A program made the position numbers and the translations under genes. A model generated the notes under the pieces. It ran no database searches and was not told where the DNA came from. It saw nothing but the letters and a program-made list of their open reading frames with translations. Below, piece after piece: positions 56,269-64,000 of a stretch of DNA of 64,000 nucleotides. Every line of letters begins with the position of its first letter. The first letter of the stretch is position 1. Source of the DNA: an uncultured Oscillospiraceae bacterium (GTDB lineage Bacteria > Bacillota > Clostridia > UMGS1883); contig CAYMHB010000002.1 in NCBI GenBank assembly GCA_964390145.1, forward strand, positions 33,714 through 97,713. The letters are read 5' to 3'.

Positions 56269-56289
56269 GAGATACTACTCTGTAAAGGA

Positions 56290-56970
56290 GTGTATTTAAT
56301 GGCTCTGTTTTTTCGTACAATAATCCTTTACTTATGTGTTATTACTGCGATGCGAATTATGGGAAAAAGGCAGCTTGGCGAATTACAACCGTCAGAGTTT
56401 GTGGTCGCGCTGATGATTTCAGACCTTGCATCCATTCCGCTCGGAGAAAAAGATGTCGGATTGCTTCGCGGAATTATTCCTATTACAGCATTGGTACTGA
56501 TGGAGCTTGTATTTTCAGTTCTGGTTATAAAAAGCGAGTTTATGCGACGGGTAGTTACAGGTTCGCCCGTGCAGATAATAAAAGACGGCAAAATTTTAAT
56601 GAAAAAGCTTTCGAGAATGCGTATTTGCATAGATGATGTTATGGAGCAATTACGCCTTGCAGGGTACAGTTCAATTTCCCAGATAGACAGTGCAATCATT
56701 GAAACTAACGGGCAACTTTCCATAATTCCGATAGAGAGTGAACGCCCCATCATCTGTAGTGATTTGGGCATTCATCCCGAACAAACTCATGTTCCGCATA
56801 CTATTATTTCGGACGGCGTTCTGCGCGAGAAAAATCTCAGGGGCGCGGGGCTAAGCGAAAAATGGCTTCAGAAGAAGCTTGCTAAATATAATATCAGAGA
56901 CTACAGTCAGGTTGCATTTCTGAGCGTAACCGATGAGAATGAAATCGTTTTGCAAATTTCCGAAAAATAA
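56290..56970 (+). CDS. DUF421 (YetF/YdfS-like) membrane protein
   Basis: AMRIMGKRQLGELQPSEFVVALMISDLAS N-terminal pattern. Confidence 0.85.
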   Translation: MYLMALFFRTIILYLCVITAMRIMGKRQLGELQPSEFVVALMISDLASIPLGEKDVGLLRGIIPITALVLMELVFSVLVIKSEFMRRVVTGSPVQIIKDGKILMKKLSRMRICIDDVMEQLRLAGYSSISQIDSAIIETNGQLSIIPIESERPIICSDLGIHPEQTHVPHTIISDGVLREKNLRGAGLSEKWLQKKLAKYNIRDYSQVAFLSVTDENEIVLQISEK

Positions 56971-56982
56971 GGAGTGTTTATA

Positions 56983-59328
56983 TTGAAAGCCGTAATAGTT
57001 TCATCGGGCGAAGGGACACGTTTGCGCCCGATCACCTGCTCGATTCCCGTTTCGATGATGCCGATTATGGGGCGCCCCATAATAGAGCATACGATAAGAC
57101 TTTTGCATCTTCACAAAATATATGATGTGACAATTTGTGAGGGGTATCTTGCGGAAGAGGTTAAAAAGCATTTTTCATCCGTCAAAATCGCCGATATGAA
57201 GATTTCGTTTGAGCCGAAAAAAAATCTCGACGAATTTTTCAGGGATGACGATGTACTTCTGATAAGCGACTGTGTTTTGACCGATATTGATATAGCGTCG
57301 CTTGTGGATGCTTTTGACCGCGCTCCCCTTGTCGTTACAAAAGCGCTTGAAGGTGTCGGAGAATTCGGGTTCGTTACAACCGACTGTAATTTTGGTGTTA
57401 CAAGCTATAAAAGGTGCATTGATTTTGCACATCCGTCCGGGAGTTCATTCATGGGAATTATGGTTGTTCCGAAAGGAACAACTATGCCCGATTGCAGTGA
57501 TATTTTGTCGCTCGCCGAAAAATTGTGCAAAAGCTCAAATGTGGTTTCCTGCTCTCCCGCTTGCTACATCAAAAGCATATCCGATTTTGAGAGTTATCAT
57601 AAATGTTGCCGCGATTTTATGGATAAGAAGATTACTCTCCCCTTCCCTTGCGATGAGAAAGCGCCGTCGGTATGGATTGAAGAGGGCGCAACCGTAATGC
57701 AAGGCAGCGTGATTGTTCCACCTGTATATATAGGAAAAGATAGTTTTGTATCAAAAGGTGCGAGGATTGAAGCCTATTCTCAGATTGGTCACAGCGTCAG
57801 TGTTGATGCGTTTTCAGGGATAAAGCGAAGTGTTGTTATGGATAACAGCGTGGTCGGTGAAGGGAGTTCATTACGCGGAGCTATTATCGGCAAAAATGTC
57901 GGTATTGGTTTTGAAAGCGCCGCGTATGAAGGGAGTGTCATCGGTTTTGGCACGAAAATCGGCAGGCACAGCACCATCAAGAGTAATGTTCATATATGGC
58001 CTGAAAAGCATATCGAAGATGAGTGCACCATTTTCGAAAATATAATATGGGAAAAAACCTCTGCACACGGAATGTTCGGCGACGGCAGTGCAATCGGAGT
58101 TATTAACCGTGAGATAACTCCTGAATTTGCCGCCACACTCGGAAGAAGTGCCGTAAGGGTGCTTGGCAAAAAGATAGCCGTTTCTGATGGCGGTTTTACG
58201 GGCGGCTCCATGATAAAAAATGCGCTTATTTCCGGCATCCAATCGGGTGGCGGTATTGCGTATGATATGGGCGAACAGCCTCTTCCCATAACGCGAAGTG
58301 CAGTTCGCTTTTACTCGCTTGACGGAGGAATTGCGCTGAGCGGTTATGGAAAAGAAGGAGCTTTTTATATCAGCCTTGATATAATAAACTCTCTTGGTGC
58401 GGACATTGAGAATGATGAACTTGAAAGACTGTGCCGCCTTGTGGAAAGTGGCGAAGCAAAGCGCGAAAACGCGTCGCAAATAAAAGAGACGGAGTATCTT
58501 TTTGAGTATAAGTTATATTACCTTAAAAGCCTTATCAACTCGACCTCAGCTAAGCCGCTGCATGCGAGAATCCTTATTAACTGCCACAGTGTATGGGCGC
58601 AGGAACTTCTGGAAAGTGCGGCAAAGGACCTTCTGTGTGAGTTTGTATTTACGAAAAAATCCCAGGGCGAATTTGTGACAGTACTGCGGTCGGGAAATTA
58701 TGATTTTGGTGCAATATGCGACTATAAATGCGAAAAACTTTCGATTGTGAAAAATTCCGGTGATGTTATATCCGAGTTTGACTATTCTGCACTAATCTCT
58801 CTTATTATTATGAAAAGTTTTCCGAATGCTCATATTTTTGTACCGCAATCTGCGCCACGCAGCATTGAAATTATGGCAGAAAAGTACGGTGCCGATGTGA
58901 CAAGAACAAAAATAAGTCCGCCATATCTTATGAATGAACTTTCAAAAAGCGGCCAAAAGCCGTACTTGTGGCAGTTTATTTATCAGTTTGACGCGGTAGG
59001 GGCAATTATTCTGCTTCTTGATTTTCTGCACGCAAATAACACGACTGTTGAGGCAGTGCAAAACGAGATTCCGAAGACTTTTACCATATCAAGCGAAATT
59101 TGTTGCGCCCGTGACAATCAGGAAAAAGTAATCAGAGCGTTGTGCGAAAAGCACAATGTAGAAAAAGAAGAAACACATGACTCAATCAAAGTCACTTTTG
59201 ATAACGGTTGGGGATTTGTTGTACCGAAAAAATCACAATCTGTTATAAATGTAATCGGGCATTCATTTACAATGGAGACTGCACAGGAAATTGCGGATAT
59301 ATTTACAGACGAAATATCTAAAAGCTAA
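56983..59328 (+). CDS. Large nucleotidyltransferase-fold / left-handed beta-helix / phosphohexomutase-like protein with degenerate catalytic motifs
   Basis: N-terminus (M)KAVIVSSGEGTRLRPIT, a mid-region hexapeptide-repeat segment and a C-terminal PGM/PMM-like region. TTG start at 56983, 9 nt after AAGGAG. Confidence 0.78.
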   Translation: MKAVIVSSGEGTRLRPITCSIPVSMMPIMGRPIIEHTIRLLHLHKIYDVTICEGYLAEEVKKHFSSVKIADMKISFEPKKNLDEFFRDDDVLLISDCVLTDIDIASLVDAFDRAPLVVTKALEGVGEFGFVTTDCNFGVTSYKRCIDFAHPSGSSFMGIMVVPKGTTMPDCSDILSLAEKLCKSSNVVSCSPACYIKSISDFESYHKCCRDFMDKKITLPFPCDEKAPSVWIEEGATVMQGSVIVPPVYIGKDSFVSKGARIEAYSQIGHSVSVDAFSGIKRSVVMDNSVVGEGSSLRGAIIGKNVGIGFESAAYEGSVIGFGTKIGRHSTIKSNVHIWPEKHIEDECTIFENIIWEKTSAHGMFGDGSAIGVINREITPEFAATLGRSAVRVLGKKIAVSDGGFTGGSMIKNALISGIQSGGGIAYDMGEQPLPITRSAVRFYSLDGGIALSGYGKEGAFYISLDIINSLGADIENDELERLCRLVESGEAKRENASQIKETEYLFEYKLYYLKSLINSTSAKPLHARILINCHSVWAQELLESAAKDLLCEFVFTKKSQGEFVTVLRSGNYDFGAICDYKCEKLSIVKNSGDVISEFDYSALISLIIMKSFPNAHIFVPQSAPRSIEIMAEKYGADVTRTKISPPYLMNELSKSGQKPYLWQFIYQFDAVGAIILLLDFLHANNTTVEAVQNEIPKTFTISSEICCARDNQEKVIRALCEKHNVEKEETHDSIKVTFDNGWGFVVPKKSQSVINVIGHSFTMETAQEIADIFTDEISKS

Positions 59329-59330
59329 CA

Positions 59331-59356
59331 AAGGCAAGGGTTAACCCTTGCCTTTT
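59331..59356 (+). terminator. Rho-independent terminator
   Basis: AAGGCAAGGG/CCCTTGCCTT stem followed by TTT. Confidence 0.6.
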
Positions 59357-59400
59357 CCACTTATATATGATACAATAGCCCGTTGTAAAGGAGATATATT

Positions 59401-59599
59401 ATTAACATTCAGCTTTCAGACAGTTTTACATACAAAAAAACTAATCCGCTTTACAATCCCGTCGGTAATAATGCTGATTTTCACATCGATTTACGGCGTA
59501 GTTGACGGAATTTGGTTTGCAGTCATAGCGGCAGAAGGGATGTCACTTTTAGTAGTTTTGACATTCTTAAAAAAGATGAAACCTAAATATAAATATTAA
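59401..59599 (+). pseudogene. Remnant of a MATE-family efflux transporter gene
   Basis: A MATE N-terminus (INIQLSDSFTYKK then LIRFTIPSVIMLIFTSIYGVVDG) is joined directly to a MATE C-terminus (IWFAVIAAEGMSLLVVLTFLKKMK). ATT occupies the start position and there is a frameshift in an A7 run. Confidence 0.55.
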
Positions 59600-59610
59600 G
59601 GAGAATTATT

Positions 59611-60129
59611 ATGGAATATTTTGAGCTTATAAAAAAGCGTTTCTCGGTACGTAGTTTTACAGATGAGCCCGTAAAAAAAGAATCGATAGATAAAATTTTA
59701 GAGGCAGCGCACCTCGCCCCGACGGCATGTAATTTTCAGGCGTACAGAGTTCTTGTTATAAATACGCCCGACGCAATAGAAAAACTGAAAAACTGCACAA
59801 GAGCACACTTTGGCACAAACTGTGCGATGCTTGTATGCTATAACGATGACGAGTGCTGGCAGCGCAAATATGACGGTGAAAAAAGCGGCGTAGTTGATGC
59901 GAGTATCGTTGCTACACACATGATGCTTGCAGCTGAAAATGAAGGCGTCGGAAGCACTTGGGTAATGCATTTTAATCCGACAAAAATCCGTGAAGAATTT
60001 AATCTGCCCGAAAATATCGTGCCTGTTGCACTTCTTGTAATGGGGTATCCTGCCCCCGATGCAAAACCCCACGAGTATCACAGTCAGTTCAGACCGATGG
60101 AAGAAACAGTTTTCTACAATAGTTTTTAA
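59611..60129 (+). CDS. Nitroreductase-family protein
   Basis: RFSVRSFTDEPV start and a length and pattern typical of NfsB-like folds. Confidence 0.88.
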   Translation: MEYFELIKKRFSVRSFTDEPVKKESIDKILEAAHLAPTACNFQAYRVLVINTPDAIEKLKNCTRAHFGTNCAMLVCYNDDECWQRKYDGEKSGVVDASIVATHMMLAAENEGVGSTWVMHFNPTKIREEFNLPENIVPVALLVMGYPAPDAKPHEYHSQFRPMEETVFYNSF

Positions 60130-60290
60130 AATAATTCTCCAAAAAGATACCTTCATCGCCCCTTGAGGAAGAGATTTCCCGAGGGGTTTTTCGAAAAATT
60201 TCTTAATTCATTCACAATGTGTTAATATTATTATGCTATGATACAATTAACAGGAGGAAGACATTCTCGGATAAGGGGTTGAATCCATAT

Positions 60291-62162
60291 ATGTTATTTA
60301 AAAATATGAAACGCAGCATGTCAGTCATTTTATCAGTCAGTATGTTATGCGGCATAACATACTTATTACCGAATATGCAAGAGGTCACTGCATCAGCCTC
60401 TGTTTTGGAGTATGAAAACAACGAGGTTTTTGTAATGTACCAAGACGGCGGTTTTGAGGTCTTGAAATACGAAAACGAAGATGCTCTTGCATCGGGACTT
60501 GAAGAAATCGCAAATGATGAAAATGTTTTGTTATATCAGCCCAATTATTCCTACAGCGCATCTTTCCTTTCTTCAGACGATGAGCTTTTGAAGAAACAGT
60601 GGGCGCTTTATAACGACGGAAGCTTTTATATGGAAGAACAAAAAAACGAATTCCCCGTTTTTGATATGCCTTTCGGCGACGTTAAATTGCCCGGTCAATG
60701 GCAACCGCCGGAAAATTTCGAAAATTGGGAAGATAATTACAGACGGCGCTCTTATACCGGCAGGGCGTCAAATGTTACTGCCACGGAAGGAATTGACATA
60801 AATATTGAAACGGCGTGGGAAACCTACTCCGACAGCGGAAAAGAAGTAATTGTCGCTATCGTTGATACGGGAATAGACTACACTCACGAGGATTTAGCAG
60901 AAAATATCTGGACGAACAGCGAAGAAATTGCAGATAATGGCATTGACGACGATAAAAACGGATACATAGACGATATTTACGGTTGGAACTTCTATAACAA
61001 TTCAAACAATATCTATGTCGGCAGTGAAGACGACCATGGAACACACGGAGCAGGAACAATAATTGCAAGCAGAAACAATTCAAAAGGAATTGTCGGAATT
61101 GTTCAAAGTGATAATGTCAAGGTTATGAGTGTAAAGGCTCTGGGTGGTCGCAGCGGAGCTGGCTCAACCGCCTCGGTTATTCAGGCGATACAGTATGCAG
61201 AGGCAAACGGAGCATCTATCTGTAATCTGAGTCTGGGCACAAGCGAAAATGACCCTGCTCTTTACCAAACAATCGCAAATTCAAATATGCTTTTTGTGAT
61301 TGCCGCAGGAAATGACGGTCAGAATACAGACCGAAAAGCATCTTACCCTGCTTCTTATGATTTGGAAAACCTGATTTCTGTCGGAAACTTAAATTATGAC
61401 GGAACCCTTCATTACAGTTCAAACTACGGAGAAAAAACGGTAGATATCGCCGCTCCCGGTTCCTATATATTAAGCACAACAAGCGAAAACGGATACAGCT
61501 ATATGACGGGAACTTCAATGTCAGCACCTTTTGTTTCGGGCGCGGCGGCTCTTGTGTATTCACATTATGAGGATATCACTCTTGCCGATGTAAAGGAAAT
61601 TTTGCTTTCTTCTGCTGCAAAGCTTGATTCACTTGATACGCTTGTTGCAACAGGCGGTATGCTTGATTTGGGAAGCGCACTGAATTTTGACCTTGACAAA
61701 TTATCGGGCGAAGAATGGGAAGAAAAAGTTCCCTATGCTTACAATGGTAATGCTCCGCAAATTGCAACGCGAATTGCAAATCAGAGGAATAAAAGCTATC
61801 TGGTAGTACAGTTTTATGATGAAGACGGCGATATCGTAACCGCACGGTATGCAGTCGGCGAGCTTTCAGCAAAAGATTTTGACGGCGGCAAAAACGGAAA
61901 TGCAGTCAATCTGAGCAAAGCAGAAACCGTTACTTACGAAGTTACGGCAGGAACATACACATTCTATGCGCTTGACTCAAAAGGGAATGAAACTGTGCAG
62001 GTTGTTAAAATCACAGATGGTCAAAACAGAGAAAATGGTCGGCAATGGCAATTCCCCTCCCGCGTTCCGCAGCAAAGCCGCCCTTTTCAAAATCTTTTGG
62101 ATTTTTTATTAGATTTGTATGATATCCCCAATATGAATTTTGAATGGGGGTTGAATTTTTAA
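60291..62162 (+). CDS. Secreted S8-family (subtilisin-like) serine peptidase
   Basis: Signal peptide and catalytic triad motifs VAIVDTGID, HGTHGAGTI and GTSMSAPFVSG. Confidence 0.9.
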   Translation: MLFKNMKRSMSVILSVSMLCGITYLLPNMQEVTASASVLEYENNEVFVMYQDGGFEVLKYENEDALASGLEEIANDENVLLYQPNYSYSASFLSSDDELLKKQWALYNDGSFYMEEQKNEFPVFDMPFGDVKLPGQWQPPENFENWEDNYRRRSYTGRASNVTATEGIDINIETAWETYSDSGKEVIVAIVDTGIDYTHEDLAENIWTNSEEIADNGIDDDKNGYIDDIYGWNFYNNSNNIYVGSEDDHGTHGAGTIIASRNNSKGIVGIVQSDNVKVMSVKALGGRSGAGSTASVIQAIQYAEANGASICNLSLGTSENDPALYQTIANSNMLFVIAAGNDGQNTDRKASYPASYDLENLISVGNLNYDGTLHYSSNYGEKTVDIAAPGSYILSTTSENGYSYMTGTSMSAPFVSGAAALVYSHYEDITLADVKEILLSSAAKLDSLDTLVATGGMLDLGSALNFDLDKLSGEEWEEKVPYAYNGNAPQIATRIANQRNKSYLVVQFYDEDGDIVTARYAVGELSAKDFDGGKNGNAVNLSKAETVTYEVTAGTYTFYALDSKGNETVQVVKITDGQNRENGRQWQFPSRVPQQSRPFQNLLDFLLDLYDIPNMNFEWGLNF

Positions 62163-62197
62163 AACCACCATTTCACAGTGTGCAGAGGTGAAGGCAA

Positions 62198-62452
62198 GTG
62201 GAATTCAGGCACGAATATAAGCATCAAATCAATCTTTCTGACATTTGCGGACTGCGTGCAAGGCTTTCGGCTGTTGCAAAGCACGACCCACACGCAGACG
62301 GGGACGGCACTTACTTTATCAGGATTTTATATTTTGACAATTATATGGACAAAGCACTCCGTGAAAAAATTGATGGTGTAAACAAGCGTGAAAAAATTCC
62401 GTATCAGATACTACGAGACGGACACATCGTTTATCCGCCTTGAAAAGAAAAG
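62198..62452 (+). pseudogene. Frameshifted and truncated VTC-domain (CYTH-like) gene remnant
   Basis: MEFRHEYKHQI..YFIRILYFD..DGVNKREK continues as FRIRYYETDTSFIRLEKK only after removing one A from the A6 run at 62391-62396. The homology then ends at a terminator. Confidence 0.6.
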
Positions 62453-62453
62453 C

Positions 62454-62488
62454 AAAAAAAATCCCTCGGCATCTGCCGAGGGATTTTT
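62454..62488 (-). terminator. Rho-independent terminator after ylqC (ends the ffh-rpsP-ylqC unit)
   Basis: ATCCCTCGGC/GCCGAGGGAT stem with a long T-run on the minus strand. Confidence 0.75.
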
Positions 62489-62492
62489 AATA

Positions 62493-62726
62493 TCAGTCTT
62501 CTACGATGTCAACGATAACTTTCTTACCATCTTTACCTGATGCGGCACGCATAACAGTTCTGATTGCCTTTGCAATTCTGCCCTGCTTGCCGATTACTTT
62601 ACCCATATCAGAGGGATTAACTCTGAGTTCAAGGAGCTGTGAATCTTCACGGTCGGTAAGTGTTACATTAACTTCATCGGGGAACTGAACAAGGGGTTTT
62701 ACGATTGTTTCAAGAAGTTCCTTCAT
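62493..62726 (-). CDS. ylqC: KH-domain RNA-binding protein (YlqC/UPF0109)
   Basis: 77 aa with GKVIGKQGRIAKAIRTV (GxxG KH motif). Confidence 0.9.
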   Translation of the reverse strand: MKELLETIVKPLVQFPDEVNVTLTDREDSQLLELRVNPSDMGKVIGKQGRIAKAIRTVMRAASGKDGKKVIVDIVED

Positions 62727-62746
62727 TATATCATTGACCCCCCTAA

Positions 62747-62992
62747 TCAGTCAATGATACCGTTCTTCTTGAGAAGGCTCTTAACTGTATCTGTGGGCTG
62801 TGCGCCGTTAGCAATCCACTGCTTAACCTTGTCGCCATCAACTGTGAATACAGAGGGTTCTGTAAGAGGATTGTAAGTACCTACCTCCTCAATGAATCTG
62901 CCGTCACGGGGATAACGAGAGTCTGCAACTACTACACGATAGTAGGGAGCCTTCTTTGCACCCATTCTTCTAAGTCTGATTTTTACTGCCAT
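62747..62992 (-). CDS. rpsP: 30S ribosomal protein S16
   Basis: [26 protein letters not shown] start. GAGGTGA RBS before the ATG at 62992. Confidence 0.96.
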   Translation of the reverse strand: MAVKIRLRRMGAKKAPYYRVVVADSRYPRDGRFIEEVGTYNPLTEPSVFTVDGDKVKQWIANGAQPTDTVKSLLKKNGIID

Positions 62993-63069
62993 TTCTTTCA
63001 CCTCATAAAAAATTTTTATATTTAAATTAAATTAAATTCAATCCAAGGGGAGTAGGATCCCTTAAGGTT

Positions 63070-64000
63070 TTAAAACGGAAATCTCATTCTCTTCATCTTT
63101 TTGGGGTCGGAGAACATTTTCATCATTTTCTGCATTTCCTTGAACTGCTTCAAGAACAGATTTACATCCTGAACACCAAGCCCGCATCCGTCGGCAATTC
63201 TTTTTCTGCGACTGCCGTTTATGATTTCGGGGTTTTCACGTTCTTTTTTGGTCATAGAGCGGATAATTGCTTCCGTGCGGACAAACTGTTTGTCATCAAG
63301 CTTAACGCCGTTTAGTTTGTTTCCGACACCGGGAATCATTTTGAGAATGCTCTCAAGCGAGCCCATATTTTTCATAGACTGCAACTGCTCAAGGTAGTCG
63401 TTAAGGTCAAATTTCTGTTCCTTCAGCTTCTTTTCAAGTTCAAGTGCCTTCTTTTCGTCGAAAGCCTCCTGCGCCTTGTCAATCAGCGAGAGCATATCGC
63501 CCATACCGAGAATTCTTGATGCCATTCTGTCTGGATAGAATGGTTCAAGGTCGGTGAGTTTTTCGCCCATACCAACGAACTTTATGTTTTTACCCGTTGT
63601 TGCGCGCACGCTGAGTGCAGCACCGCCACGGGTATCACCGTCAAGTTTGGTAAGGATGATGCCGTCGATTCCTAGCATTTCGTCAAAGCTTGCCGCAACA
63701 TTTACGGCGTCCTGACCGGTCATGGAGTCGACAACAAGAAGTATTTCGGTCGGGTGAACTTCGCTTTTAATTTCTTTCAGCTCGTTCATCAGCACTTCGT
63801 CAACATGAAGACGACCTGCTGTATCTATGATAACGGTATCAAAACGCGATGTGTCGCAATTTTTCACCGCATCAAGCGCAATTTTAACGGGATTTTTTGT
63901 TTCAAAATCTGCGTAAACTTCAAGTCCCATCTGTTCGCCAACAACCTGAAGCTGTTTTATTGCGGCGGGGCGCTGAACGTCACAACCTGCGAGCATGGGG
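63070..64000 (-). CDS. ffh: Signal recognition particle protein Ffh (C-terminal ~310 codons; N-terminus lies beyond the window)
   Basis: Contains the G-domain motifs DTAGRL and TKLDGD and a Met-rich M domain. The ORF runs off the right edge. Confidence 0.95.
   Translation of the reverse strand, partial: PMLAGCDVQRPAAIKQLQVVGEQMGLEVYADFETKNPVKIALDAVKNCDTSRFDTVIIDTAGRLHVDEVLMNELKEIKSEVHPTEILLVVDSMTGQDAVNVAASFDEMLGIDGIILTKLDGDTRGGAALSVRATTGKNIKFVGMGEKLTDLEPFYPDRMASRILGMGDMLSLIDKAQEAFDEKKALELEKKLKEQKFDLNDYLEQLQSMKNMGSLESILKMIPGVGNKLNGVKLDDKQFVRTEAIIRSMTKKERENPEIINGSRRKRIADGCGLGVQDVNLFLKQFKEMQKMMKMFSDPKKMKRMRFPF

Noticed and set aside
63020-63045. AAATT x3 micro-repeat between rpsP and ffh.
   Set aside because: It is a very short AT-rich repeat in a promoter-like spacer, expected by chance at this base composition.
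63070-63996. ORF-track start codon for ffh at 63996.
   Set aside because: This is an artefact of the window edge. The sequence [15 protein letters not shown] is mid-G-domain of Ffh, so the gene continues beyond 64000.
1-64000. tRNA, rRNA, prophage, toxin-antitoxin or known defence-system genes.
   Set aside because: Every ORF longer than ~100 codons that is not a shadow ORF is accounted for by housekeeping or envelope families, or by a few small hypotheticals. I saw no cloverleaf-like T-arm/anticodon arrangement or rRNA-like segments by eye. A proper tRNAscan/Infernal run could still find small RNAs that I missed.

Overview
This 64-kb window is chromosomal and looks like a moderate/low-GC, spore-forming Clostridia-type Firmicute. 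The evidence is sigH, cwlD plus a PdaA/B-like deacetylase, a SEDS (RodA/SpoVE-type) protein, a YetF/DUF421 protein and a full rnfCDGEAB operon. All calls come from reading the translations and DNA by eye; no database search was possible.

Gene content, in order:
- A complete arginine locus: argC-argJ-argB-argD-argF-carA-carB, then argG-argH. Both units sit behind near-duplicate promoters with ARG-box-like operators.
- A peptidase/amidohydrolase pair, a HIT protein, alaS, uppP, ftsK, sigH and a CadC/HMA/P-type ATPase metal operon.
- A CPBP protease, the rnf operon, csaB, tyrS and a radical-SAM gene.
- A CpsB/CpsD/CpsC-like phosphatase/BY-kinase/Wzz trio, rnhA, an SLH-domain protein, DUF1292-ruvX and a tandem-OB SSB-like protein.
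- cwlD-pda, a SEDS gene, nadE, topB, yraN-rnhB-rbgA-lepB-rplS.
- An ~11-kb plus-strand block: ygiQ, folD, a type IIA topoisomerase B subunit, DUF421, a large nucleotidyltransferase-like protein, a nitroreductase and an S8 protease.
- ylqC-rpsP-ffh at the right edge.

I saw no transposase, integrase, CRISPR array, tRNA/rRNA or recognisable defence genes.

Most unusual observations:
1. carB reads without a stop into a full-length DapF-like domain whose first catalytic Cys is Ala.
2. Several conspicuously G+C-rich, hairpin-dense intergenic modules occur. Some share inverted-repeat arms (ACGAACAAAST) or an internal core. One is a ~180-nt structured leader before the SLH gene, and another ends in an intrinsic terminator 22 nt before a start codon.
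3. A tandemly duplicated 47-nt palindromic unit lies between alaS and the HIT gene.
4. The conserved ffh-rpsP-ylqC-(rimM-trmD)-rplS cluster is broken, with decayed gene remnants near the break.
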